A stretch of DNA of 64,000 bases from Octopus vulgaris (GCA_951406725.2 OX597815.1:93620001-93684000); one strand, 5' to 3'. Positions 1 to 11,880 are shown, numbered from the stretch's first letter. A program made the numbers and translations. The notes: generated by a model from the letters alone, not told the origin.

Positions 1-162
1 ATGCATCTCTCACTACATATAACCACACACTAAAAAAGTAGTAAATACATTTAGAAGAACAGTTTTTCCAGTTTGTAAAACTACAAACAGAAGGGTAGAT
101 ATTCCAGTATCAATTGATTTTGCTTTCTATGTCGAATTGACCCTTAAAGTTCATCAATTCTC

Positions 163-315
163 TGTTTATATATTGTGAGTAAGGATGAATGGCTGCCATT
201 TCTAGCAGGCAGGTATCCAGTACTGATGATGGGTGGAGATCCAGAAACAATGGTCTACTGGTCTTGCCAAGCAGGAGGGGAGTGGTTCACGCCCTTACTT
301 ACAATATATCAAACA
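163..315. mobile_element. Fold-back element with terminal inverted repeats enclosing the hammerhead
   Basis: TGTTTATATATTGTGAGTAAGGATGAA (163-189) is the near reverse complement of TTCACGCCCTTACTTACAATATATCAAACA (286-315). Confidence 0.65.
202..274 (+). ncRNA. Type I hammerhead ribozyme
   Basis: CCAGTA-CTGATGA(223-229)-TGGGT ggag ATCCA-GAAA(244-247)-C aatg G-TC-TACTGG. Stem I is a perfect 6 bp, stem II is 5 bp with a tetraloop, and the GUC cleavage triplet ends at 255. Stem I extends through an internal loop into GGCAGG/CTTGCC. Confidence 0.85.
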
Positions 316-484
316 TAGGTTGTGTGTTGTTAACCAGCTGGAAAAGATCTTTTCCTGGGGTTAAAATGTAGTAACATAATTCTGTATAGAACAGCTATGT
401 TATAGTCACAAAAAAATATTACTGTCTCATATTCTTACTACATATATTTTGAGATTTTAGAACTCACTACTTTGCTTGTGTGTA

Positions 485-520
<36 letters not shown>

Positions 521-527
521 TATGTAT

Positions 528-1998
528 ATCATCATCATCATTATCATCATCATCGTTTAACATCTGCTTTCCATGCTAGCATGGGTTGGACGATTTGACT
601 GAGGGCTGGCAAACCAGATGGTTGCACCAGTCTTCAATCTTGATCTGGCAGAGTTTCTACAGCTGGATGTCTTTCCTAATGCCAACCACTCCGAGAGCGT
701 AGTGGATGCTTTTACGTGCCACCGGCATGGGGCCAGTCAGGCGGTACTGGCAACGACCTCACTCAAATCTTTTACACATGCCACCGGCACAGGTGCCAGT
801 AAGGTGATGCTGGTAACGATCACGCTCGAATGATGTCTTTTATGTGCCACGGGCACGGAGGCCAGTTAGCCGCTCTGGCAATGATCTTGCTCGGATGGTA
901 CTCTTAACACCCTACTAGCACAGGGTTCGAGTGCCAGTAAGGCAACTCTGGTAACGATCACAGTCGAATGGTGCCTTTATGTGCCACTGGCATGGGAGCC
1001 AGTTAGCCGCTCTGTCAACGATCACACTCATATGGTGCTCTTTGCACCCCGCTAGCACGGATGCCAGTCATTAAATTTGATTTTGATTTTGATTTCACTT
1101 GCCTCAACATGTCTTCACAAACAGAGTTTTAGTGTCCAAAGAAGGAAAAGGTATGCATAAGTGGGCTGGTTATGCTCCTGGCATAGGCCACGAGATTATG
1201 GTCTCATTTGGCTTGCTGGGTCTTCTCACGCACAGCATATTTCCAAAAGTCTTGGTCACTAGTCATTTCCTTGGTGAGGCCTAAAGTTTGAAGGTCGTGC
1301 TTCACCACTTCATCCCAGGTCTTCCTAGGTCTACCTCTTCCACAAGGTTCCCTCAGCTGCTAGGGTGTGTCACTTTTTCACACAGCTATCCTCATCCATT
1401 CTCACCACATGACCATGTTCCTCTTGCACACCACATCTGATGCTTCTTAGGTCCAAGGTACTTACACTCTGTCGTGTATGCACACTGACATTACACATCC
1501 ATTGGATCATACTGGCTTCATTCCTTGCGAGCTTACGCATGTCTTCAGCAGTCACAGCCCATGTTTCACTGCCATGTAGCTGGCTGTTTGTACACATGCA
1601 TCATACAGTCTACATTTTACTCTGAGCGAGAGGCCTTTTGTCACCAGCAGAGGTAAGAGCTCTTTGAACTTTGCCCAAGCTATTCTTATTCTAGCAGCTA
1701 CACTTTCAGTGCACCCTCCCCCGCTACTGACTTGGTCACCTAGGTAACAGAAGCTATCAACTACTTCTAGTTTTCCTTCCTGGAATGTGGCGGAAGTTGG
1801 TCTCTGTGTATTTTCAGAGTTTATTGCTCCCGAGCATCTGCCACATACAAAAACTATCTTCCCAGTTAGTCTTCCTTTGGTATTACTGCACCTCTTATGT
1901 GTCCATAGCTTACACTGGGTACATCTTATAGAGTTTCTACCTATGCCTCAACTACAGATCGAGCAGGGCCATCTACCTGAAGGGATTTGTGGTTTCTC
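528..1998 (-). mobile_element. 5'-truncated RTE-clade LINE (RT C-terminus with PHD-like insert, 3' UTR, (GAT)n tail)
   Basis: Minus-strand translation WPCSIC..SIRCTQCKLWTHKRC..FVCGRC..LEVVDSFCYLGDQV..ARIRIAWAKFKEL..LHGSETWAV, with stops and frameshifts; 3' UTR ends in (GAT)n. Confidence 0.9.
709..1075 (-). repeat. Tandem array of ~60-70 bp dual-hairpin units in the RTE 3' UTR
   Basis: About 6 units of TTTTAYGTGCC-nnn-GGCAC...GCCAG-N~10-CTGGYAACGATC. Confidence 0.8.
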
Positions 1999-2205
1999 AC
2001 TATATATATATTTTATGCATGTATATTCTATGTGAAAGAAAAGCATTATGTGATTAAATGTTCGATATATGAAATGTTATGTGGATGACCTTATATTTGT
2101 TTGTTCTGCAACCATAGTTTAATATATTTGTCTCATTTAATTGAGCACTTCTACATCAGTCCTATTAAACATTTTGTTCCTGATAAGAAACAATCACTTT
2201 ATTAT

Positions 2206-2258
<53 letters not shown>

Positions 2259-2284
2259 TTCCAAGATATGTATATATCTTGCTT

Positions 2285-2438
2285 AGTGGTTAGTGTTAGA
2301 AAGGGCATCCAGCTGTAATATCCTGTCAAAACAGTCACAGAAGTCTGGCGCAGGCTTCAATCTAGCCGGCTATTATGAAACCGTCCCACCCATGGAAGGC
2401 AGACGTTAAGCAATGATGATGATGATGATGATGATGAT
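2285..2438 (+). mobile_element. RTE 3'-tail / SINE-like repeat (abundant family)
   Basis: AGTGGTT..AAGGGCATCCAGCTGTA...GACGTTAA..(GAT)n. Similar copies at ~13060-13260, 16228-16440, 20578-20708, 21905-22215, 24290-24500, 25912-26180, 28197-28360, 29765-29930, 39535-39770, 40100-40465, 52100-52330, 58970-59240 and 60190-60370. Confidence 0.85.
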
Positions 2439-3052
2439 ATATACATATACAGGTATTGTGATGCAAAAGGAAAAATAGAATGCAAATATGAGTATATATA
2501 TATTTTTATTAATATATACTAGCTTGATAAGTGCCAATGCACAAAACTTTCAGCCCTTGAGTCACTCTGTTGTGTCTTCTAAATATTAATATATATACAT
2601 ATATACACTTAGATTTTTTAAAATTTTCATTAAATAAAAGTAATTTCTGTTTAACAGGTATAACATTGAAAGTTATTAAATTACAAAGTATTTGTGTTGT
2701 TTATAATAAACTTTGTTGGCCACAAGAGATTATGTCTGATCTTTAGCATACTGCTGTATGTCTTCTCAAATCATGATCACAAGAAAAGTTGTTAAGAATT
2801 ACCAACAAAAACAAAGCTGATAAATATGCACAGGTGTTGCAAATTAAGTTTAATTACCAATATACATCAGCTTGGATGACACTTTACTCTACTGACAAAG
2901 GAAGGTGACTGATCAAACTGATTATGTGAACAGAATTCTTTTCTGCCTATTCTTGTCAGAACCTTTAATACAGAATATCAAAATTTTAATCCCTTTCACA
3001 CTTACAAAATGTCGAGCAAACTTTAAAATTTGTCATTACCGTTATTGTCAGT

Positions 3053-3240
3053 ATGGGAAGAACTTATGAATCGTTTACTGTAAAGGAGAAATTAAATATG
3101 TTGAATATGCATTTGAACATGGCAATAGAGCTGCCGGAATGCATTTTAATGTTAATGTAGACAATGTTCAGAATTGGCATAAACAGTACGACAAACTTAA
3201 AACTGTGTCTAGTAATAAACAGACAAAAATAAAAACATAC
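3053..3240 (+). pseudogene. pogo-family transposase N-terminal (Brinker-type HTH) remnant
   Basis: MGRTYESFTVKEKLN/VEYAFEHGNRAAGMHFNVNVDNVQNWHKQ with one frameshift; matches the pogo/POGK BrkDBD pattern SYxxxFKLxVVEYAExxxNxxAAxxFxVxExxVRxWRK. Confidence 0.7.
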
Positions 3241-3466
3241 AGTGAAGATTATCCATATCATTACATTTTTCTCAGTCAGTAATATCCATATTACCATGTA
3301 TTTCAATGGTGCTCCATTGCAATACGTAGAAATTCCAAGCAATGCAAAATATGGCCTGGACCATGTTTACCAGCATGAATATCAGAGTTCAAAAAGTAGT
3401 TAACCATTTAATGGTTTTAGTAAATTTATACAGAAAAAGTAAGCATGATACCATCCAGCATAGATA

Positions 3467-3609
3467 AAGTCAACTTCATTATGTGTATTTAAGCCATTAT
3501 TTTTTCTTTCAAAACTCATTCTGATATTAATTAAGTCAACTTCATTATGTGTATTTAAGCCATTATTTTTTCTTTTAAAACTCATTCTGATATTAAATAA
3601 GTCAACTTC
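3467..3609. repeat. 66-bp tandem repeat, ~2.2 copies
   Basis: AAGTCAACTTC recurs at 3467, 3533 and 3599 with near-identical intervening sequence. Confidence 0.95.
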
Positions 3610-3670
3610 CAGTATGAATGTTTACATTTTGTGTGTCTTTTTCAAAAAAAAAATTCTGCAAACAATCTAT

Positions 3671-3950
3671 CCATGTAATTTACGCCCCTACTATAGTTTA
3701 TTTTTATTTTTATGGAAAAAGTGTGTAAATTACATGGGTCTTTATGGTGACCACATGTGTATCGTTGGCAATTTTCTTTCTCCATCTTCCCTTTCTTGGA
3801 CCTTTCCTTTTTCTATGTTTCTGATGAAGTGCTCTGCTCGAAATGTTAAATCCTCCTTCTTTCTTTCCTTTCCTGAGCGTCCAATAACACTGTACTTGTT
3901 CCACGTCCTCGTGTTGTTGTGTTTTCTCTTTGTTCGTGTTTGGATTAACT
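3671..3950 (+). mobile_element. Penelope-like pseudo-LTR remnant with minimal hammerhead motif
   Basis: GTTT-CTGATGA-AGTGC tct GCTC-GAAA-TG-TT-AAAT (3817-3852); inverted 15-bp segment at the 5' edge (3671-3685 vs 3723-3737); pyrimidine-rich body. Confidence 0.6.
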
Positions 3951-3967
3951 ATATATATATATTTATA

Positions 3968-4362
3968 GGCGCAGGAGTGGCTGTGTGGTAAGTAGCTTGC
4001 TAACCAACCACATGGTTCCGGGTTCAGTCCCACTGCATGGCATCTTGGGCAAGTGTCTTCTGCTATAGCCCCGGGCCGACCAATGCCTTGTGAGTGGATT
4101 TGGTAGACGGAAACTGAAAGAAGCCTGTCGTATATATGTATATATATGTATGTGTGTGTGTCTGTGTTTGTCCCCCTAGCATTGCTTGACAGCCGATGCT
4201 GGTGTGTTTACGTTCCCGTCACTTAGCGGTTCGGCAAAAGAGACCGATAGAATAAGTACTGGGCTTACAAAGAATAAGTCCCGGGGCCGATTTGCTCGAC
4301 TAAAGGCGGTGCTCCAGCATGGCTGCAGTCAAATGACTGAAACTAGTAAAAGAGAAAGAGAA
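3968..4362 (+). mobile_element. tRNA-derived SINE family A (internal (TA)n/(TG)n)
   Basis: A-box GTGGCTGTGTGGT, B-box GGTTCAGTCCC, CORE-like CTTGGGCAAGTGTCTT, 3' end GCAGTCAAATGACTGAAAC. Other copies at 4467-4718, 20407-20505 (internally deleted), 38870-39300 and 50290-50490 (-). Confidence 0.85.
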
Positions 4363-4373
4363 AATATTTATTT

Positions 4374-4404
<31 letters not shown>

Positions 4405-4405
4405 A

Positions 4406-4467
<62 letters not shown>

Positions 4468-4839
4468 GTGTGTGTGTGTGTGTATCTATGTGTTTGTGTG
4501 TCTTTGTGTCTGTATTTGTCTCCCCATCACTGCTTGACAGCTGGTTTTGGTGGGTTTATGTACCCATAACCTGGCCGTTTGGCAAAAGAGACTGATAGAA
4601 TAAGTACTAGACTTTTTAAAAAAATTTAAATCCTGAGGTTGATTTGTTTGACTAAACCCTTCAAAGCAGTGCCCCAGCATGGCCGCAATCAAATGATTGA
4701 AACAAATAAAAGACAAAGATAAGAGCTGGGAGAAGGCCTTTCCTCAAGGAAACATATGATGTGGCAAAGCAAATGCTGAAAGGGTGATACAAGGCTGACT
4801 CCTCTTCTAACCACCAGGAAAAACATCAAAATTGCAACA

Positions 4840-5157
4840 TGGTACATTAGATGGCTGGATAAGATAAAAAATGAACAGGTGTGGCAAAAGAGTGTAAGTG
4901 TCAGTGAAAGAACAGACTCTGAAGCAAAAGTGGGGACAAGTAGGCCACATCATAAGGAAACCAACATCCCACATTACACATCAAGCCCTGACCTGGAACC
5001 ATAAAGGAAGCAGAAGAGAGGCTGTCTTTTCTGTTTATCACCAATTGGATCCCTGCTTTTTCAGTTCTACCTCAATATCACATCTTCATTTATTTTTAGG
5101 ACATCCTCTCTTACGCTTCCCTTGTGGCTCCAGGTCAGGGCTTCATGTGTAATGTGG
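4840..5157. mobile_element. RTE LINE 3' fragment with inverted duplication
   Basis: Plus strand KWGQVGHIIRKPTSHITHQALTWN; 5020-5157 on minus gives THEALTW/QGKRKRGCPKNK*RCDIEVELKK. Confidence 0.75.
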
Positions 5158-6462
5158 AAAAAAATATTACTGACAGCCTCTGCTCCATAGGAAACAAACC
5201 GCTTAAGAAAACGGGAGGTAATTTTAAAAAATTAAGAATTAATTTCACACACAAAAAAAAATTTTCATGCTTCAGGGCGACACTTCCTCTTACTTTGTAT
5301 AAAATGTTGTCTATTTTCACAATAATTGATTATTGTGGGAAAGAAATTTTTACAAAGGGTATTAGATATTTCTATCTGTTGACTTGATATGTTTAATGTG
5401 TGTGTGTGTGTGTGTGTGCACATCTTTATGTGTGCTTGTGATCTGGAAATAATGGTTAAGTGTGTTCATGTATGATTTTGTGTATGCATGTTTGTATAAA
5501 TGTATGTGTGTGTATATGCATACATTTGTATAATTGTATGAGTAAATGTGTATATGTGCATGTATTTGTATGTGAATACCTGTTTGCATTTAAGTGGGCC
5601 TTGTCTATGTATATATGTGTTCATGTATATATATATGTGTGTGTATATGCATGTGTAGGTGAACGTATATGTGCACATGTTTTTACATATATATTTAAAT
5701 GCTTACATGTATGTTTGTGTGTGTTCATGTTTGTGTGTGTGTGTGTGTGTGTGTATGTGTGTATGTGTGTTCGTATGTGTGTATGTGTGTGTGTGTGCTT
5801 TCTTTGAAGCTCTTTTGATATGTTTTTCTCTGTGCTACTAAAAAGTTTGACAAAAACCGAAGATTAAATAAAATCAAAAATATTTTTTTTTTAAATTGCA
5901 AAAATAAAAAAAATTCTCTTAAAATTTATCACTAAAAATATTTTACATTCTTTCAATTCAAAACAGAAGTAAAAAAAAAAAAAGAAAAAGAAATATAAAT
6001 AAAATAAATTTAAAAAGAAGAGAAAAACGGGGAAAAAAATGAAAGAAAAATCAGTTGATGATGGAATAGCGGTCACAGAAGCTGATGGAATCTACTGAGT
6101 GAATAAGGGCAGTAATCATTATTTTAATGCATACACACACACACGTACATATGGACGCACGCACACACACACACACATATTCATGCACACACATACATTA
6201 GGAACTCTGTGTCTATAAAGCACTTGAAAAGAACTGAACTGATCTTAGTCATAGCATTACAATGTAAAAGACTCATTTTTTTTTTTATTTTATTTATGAC
6301 GAGTCAGATTCCCAGTTCATTCTAATGCAGAATGTAAATAAATGTGGAATCCCACAATGTCAAGCCTTTCAACTGGGGGTAATACTATTGTTATTGTTAT
6401 TGATTTTGTTATTGTGGTTGTTGTTGTTGTTGCTGCTGCTGCTGCTTATTGTTAATAATTCT

Positions 6463-6990
6463 TTAACCTGGGGTCAACTTTGACAGAGCAGATCTTTGAT
6501 CAAACGCATTCCAGTGTGGAGCATCCCGCCCTTTTTCCTCGGCACTGTTAATTCAAGACAACCTCAACATGCTGCTGCCACTGCTGCTGCTGCTACTGCT
6601 GTTATTTGGACCCAGGTCTGAATAGACCCACAATACAAAGTATTTCAGCTGTGAGGCATAGTGTATCTAGCTAGGAATACATTACTCAAGCTGTCTTTTC
6701 CTTTTAATACAGTTAAGTTTATTTGGAGATTTGTCTGTTATTTCTAGCAGATTAAGTAACTATGAAGATATATATATAATTGTTAGAACTTTTGGTTGAC
6801 CTGTAAGAAATAGCAGCAAATCTCCCTAAAATCATAGGCAGGTATTTTTTTTAAAAAACCCATAGGAATATTAGAAAATGTAATTCCAGTTCTACTACAC
6901 AGGAAAAAGTCAGGAAAATCATGGATAGAACGTCTTTAATTATTTGGTATGCTTAGTCAGAGGTGACTGGTGGCCAAAAGGTAGCAACAG
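6463..6990. mobile_element. Interspersed repeat family C, two copies in opposite orientation
   Basis: TGACCTGCTAGAAATAGCAGCCAAATCTCCC...CATGGCTGGAATGCCTTTGATC-type sequence; also at ~10255-10410, 10685-10880, 12685-12800, 62130-62290 and 62735-62930. Confidence 0.7.
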
Positions 6991-7249
6991 AAAGAGAAGT
7001 GCAATATTTAACAGTAAGAAGAATAGACAGTAAGAAGTAAGATAAAAATGTAAGCTGATATTAATGCTACATATTAACATTTTTGGAAATCTGTCTCATG
7101 CTCTAATTACTAAGTAACACACACATCCAGCTTTGAGAGGAATTGGTTCGGTAGATAATATATAACTGGATTGCTAAATCAGGGTTCCTGAACTTATAAC
7201 TGCTACAGAGTTTACATTGTGCCTCTGGGAGAACTATCTAAGTTCAGTC

Positions 7250-8250
7250 AGTTGTAGAGAACATTCACTAATTAGCTTCGACAAATAAGTTTCTTATTGA
7301 GAAATTTACTTTCCATCTGTGGAAGATGACTTCTTAATCCATAGACATGTGGATTTTTGTGGCTAAATCATAACTTGTGCTTATTGGATCATATTCTAGA
7401 TCTAATACAAATCATTACAATTGAGTTGCACCAGATAAAATAAAAATAAGATTCGGTATTCCCCAATGTTGTTTCAAATTATTATTTAATATGTTATAGA
7501 TGATATATTACTAGTGTTGTTAGATACAAATAATTTTCTATACAGTTGATGTTGTTTTACTTTATTTCCACTAAGAAATGGTAAATATAAAAGGAAATTT
7601 AAATACTGGATTATGTGGACTTTCTCCTTGGTTTTTTGATGCTAAAATGATAAAGTTTTAGCAAAATTGTGTTTTCTACTTGAACCAAAGAGCCTGTTTG
7701 AATCTGTCTTACTGCAAAGGTCATATTAATAATGTCCCTTTCACAACAGATTCTACATTAGCTTTCTGGCAAGAGATTGTTAACAGTAAGATACTGAACA
7801 AGATTGATTCAGAAATGTTCTTACCAAGATTTTGCTGGCTATTGACAAGAAGGAAATGTTTAATTGTCACATGATTGCCTGTCACTTTTTTTTTTCATGG
7901 GTGAATTATAGCAACATCTTTTAGTTCTTAGGGAATGAAGCCTGCTGACCATACCAAGGAAAATTGTTTAGTTTCCAGTGAGTGTTTCGCCACTGTAGGT
8001 GTATATTTCACTAATTTCAAAAAATCCATAGGAACTCCATCAAGAATTGTGTTAATGAGAATTTGCATTTGATTATTAATAGGTTCCATGTTTATATTGG
8101 ATAGTTTGTACAGAACATTCTGAAAGTGCTCAGCCTATCTTTTGTACACTGCTCTTCATCTGTGATAGATGTATTTACATCTGCTGTGAGATGCAAAATA
8201 TTCTTATGAATTGGGCCATAAGTTGCATGAAGACTTTGAAAAAATTATTT
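7250..8250 (-). mobile_element. Degenerate RTE/BovB-like reverse transcriptase region
   Basis: Minus strand FFQSLHATYGP..LTADVNTSITDEE..AEHFQNVL, ISFLSIASKILVRT and NMTFAVRQIQ. Confidence 0.75.
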
Positions 8251-8253
8251 TTA

Positions 8254-9500
8254 TTGAGAATGGAATCATGGAACATTCAAAACCTCTAAAATAAAGACAA
8301 TCCAAGAAGAAGAATGGTACAAATTGCCCTGGAACTTCCTCATTATAATCTGGATATAGTTACACCCTGTAAGACTCAACTTACTGAAGAGTGTCAGTTG
8401 AAAGGAGTGTAGGTTATACATTCTTTTGGATGGCTACAGGGAAGACAGAAACTTAAGTAAGCTATGTTGGCTTCTCTTAACATTATTTTTTTTTTTGCTT
8501 CTCAACTGGAATCTATCCCCAAGGAAATAAATACTAAAATCCTGTCTCAGAGAATTCTACTTGGAAAGAAGAATTAATAAATTGTTCCCACCATGCCTTG
8601 TTCAGGTAGGACAAATGATCAGTTTTACTGTAACCTTGAATTCATGTTTTCAGCTATGTCAGACCTATGTAGCACCACTCTGGCATTGAAGCTGTCAAGC
8701 AAAATAGCTTATCTCAGATAAGCTGTTTTTAGTTTGTAGTTTCAGTGCCAGAATGGAGTTATGGCTGTATGGCTTCATGTGAATGGCCATCCTGCAGTGA
8801 GTTCATGTAATAGCAATGACCTCCTCCTTTTCACAAAATGTGCTGAACACAACCTCTTTTTAACTAATACAAACTTTTATTTTTTAGTGAGATACAAAAC
8901 ATCTTGAATATGTTCTTACTCCAAGCACTGGCATCTGCTGAACAACATAATTATAAGAAGGTGTGATAACAAAATCTAAGCACGAAGCTGAATGCAGTAC
9001 TGGTCATAGACTCATTGTTAGTAAAAATGAAATTCAGGAGCAACAGATGTCCTCAGCATAAGCTACCATCAAGGAAGCTGAAGATGTAGAGTTTTAAGTC
9101 ATTGTTTCAAAAAGCCTTCTCAGAAGCCATTTCTGAAAGACTAAAGAATGACTTTCAATCCTGATGACATAGAACGCTAAAATACTTCAGGCTCCAAGTA
9201 GACATTACCTGGACTGGTTTGATGAAAATATCCAAGAAATCCAAGGCTTTCTTCAAGAGAAAGAAATCTATTTGAAGCTGTTAGCAAAGACTTCAACTCA
9301 TACTAAAAAACTGATATTCTACATTCATGCACCAGTGCTCTCCAGAAAAAATAAATATATAACTATGGGCCACAAATGATAACTGGCATCAGAAGACAAA
9401 ATCCAATGATGATACAAACAATGCAAAGAAAATTTTTTAAAGCTTTTGTACAACCAATCTATTGCCCAAAACTCCTGTAGTGCCTTCAAGTCCACAAGGC
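8254..9500 (+). mobile_element. Degenerate RTE/BovB-like APE endonuclease plus linker
   Basis: LRMESWNIQNL..ALELPHYNLDIV..QL/VGYTFFW; SCNSNDLLLFTKCAEHNLFLTNT; SKHWHLL; DWFDENIQEIQ. Confidence 0.8.
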
Positions 9501-11434
9501 GATTAGCCTAGGTAAAATAGCTTTCATCACTCTTAAGCAATGCACATGAGAGCAAGCATCTATTCTTGTAAACCTCTCTCTCTCTCTCCCTCCCCCCTCT
9601 CTCTCTCCCTCAGTATAAGTAATCACATTTGTAAGTTGAATTTCTTTCATTTTAAACTCTGATTGTTAAAATTCATTTGTAAAATTCTTTTACATTCAGT
9701 GAGTTCATGACATTCTGGATTTTGTCATACTCCTCAGTATTTTCAATCCAAGGTATTCTCTCCTTAATAGTGACATGAAACCAAACCTCTTGGTTGTGTT
9801 TATTGAGACACTAATAATAGTTAACCAATGAGTCAATGACCTTGATATGTTTTAGTATCCTTGTATTGAATTGATGCGTAACCGGTGGTCATATTTCCTG
9901 GTATTATCTAGATTTCTAGTTGTGATATACATCAATACTCCATATATGATTTTGGAATATTTCTACATTCTTATAGCATGCATAAAGTTTGTTATTGAAG
10001 TCCTTTACGTGAAGATATACAGGATGTTACTCAAAGAGATTTTATTTCAGGATTATTGGTATATAGGTGCACCCCACCACACACACACAACACATGCACA
10101 TGCACCCATATGGAGCATATCAATGGTATTGAAATAAAAGTTTTTTGAACAGTTTCTCTTCATGTGTGTAGTTATATACATTTATAAATTAATACACATA
10201 TTGATGTATTTATTCTGCCTGTATCAACCAACATAGGAACCTCTGCATGGTGCTTGACCTTCTAGAAAAAGCAACCAAATCTCCCTTGTGCTCCAATCAG
10301 ACATATTTTAAAAAAAGAACTCAATGAATAATATTAGCCAAGGTTACCCAACGTCTAAAAGAGACGGGAGTAGTCACACTGGAGCATCTTTGATAATAGC
10401 TGGATCCAAACAACATCAGCTGATGTCTTTATAACTATTGTATGCTCTCAGCTCACATATACTCAATAAATTATCCTCAGTTTATTTTTCTTCAGATTTT
10501 TCCATATCTGATGTCTCACTATCTTGTAACATTACACTTGTAGCATATAGCTTAACTTGTAGCATAAAACTTATTTGTGCATAAAGAAATACTTTGATTT
10601 TGCTGTTATTGTTATCATTGTCATCATCATTAATGTCGTCACCATTATCATCATCATCACATCATCATTGTTGTTCTTGTTTTTCTTTAGCCCCAAGTCA
10701 GCCCCAGTTGAACAGCTATGCCTTTTAGTTGTTACCACAATTTCTTGTTTTCAGGAATAATTAATCTGATACTACATTATCCAGTGTAAATTGCCCCTTT
10801 TTTTAAGGTGTTAGTGTATGACTTGAGAGAAATTTGGTTGTTATTTCTAGTAGGTCATACAACACTTCAGAGGCTCCCTCTCTCATCAGCTTAAATTAAA
10901 CACTTCACTTCCAACAGACATCCATAAAATTATTCCCATCTGTGTTTGATTAATCTAATTAAATTTCATTATTAAAATAACTTTGATTACCAAATGCAAC
11001 AGTATGGAAAAATAAAGCATAAAATTCAAGTAATACATTGGTTTGGCAATATCTATGAGTAAATGCATTCATGGGGATTGATGAGCAAAATTTATTTGTT
11101 GCTCATAGAATATTTTCTAGACAAGGAACTAGATTTTTTCCCCGAAAAAATTTTAATATGGAAAGATATTGTGTTACATGAGTTCAGAAGTAAATATTTG
11201 AAGAATGTTTGAAATGGTGAAATTGTTAAATAAGCAAATAAATAAATAAATTGTTTTCAAGAAATGATCTACATTACTGTGTAACATTGAATTTTATATG
11301 GAAGTGAGAGACAAGACATGATGTCAAAATTAATAATCATTTAATTTTAAAGAAAACACATCAAAGACTTGAGAGTAAGTATTAAATTTTAATGCCATTT
11401 TTTAAGAAACAAAAGCAAATTTTGGGAGTTTTAT

Positions 11435-11880
11435 ATGTACACATACACACACAGGCACACACACACATACACACACACACATGCACACTAACACACACAC
11501 TAACACACACACACACACACACATGCATACATATACACACATACATATGATCCCTGTAAGCATAGAAAAGTGGGTGTTAAATTATTATGAAGTGTGTGTG
11601 TGTGTGTGCGTGTGTGTGTGCATGCATGCATGCATGGTGCATGTGTGTGTATATAAACAAGAATATATATATATATTAATATGTCCATATATGAACATAT
11701 ATATATACATATACAAATAAGTGTGTTTGAGTATCTATGTATGTATCTATGTAATATATGTGTATGAGTGTGCATATATGTGTGTACATGCATGTATTTA
11801 TGTATATGTATTATGCGTATGTGTGTATGTATCTATGTATATATATATCTATCTATCTCTCTCTCTCTCTCTCTCTCTCG

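Noticed and set aside
303-354. Candidate minus-strand exon (GKDLFQLVNNTQPMFDI) with a GTAAGT donor
   Set aside because: The donor is part of the fold-back arm (mirrored as GTGAGT at 175-180) and the peptide is not recognisable.
709-1075. CRISPR-like repeat/spacer appearance
   Set aside because: Eukaryotic context, the spacers are homologous to each other, there are no cas genes, and it lies in a LINE 3' UTR.
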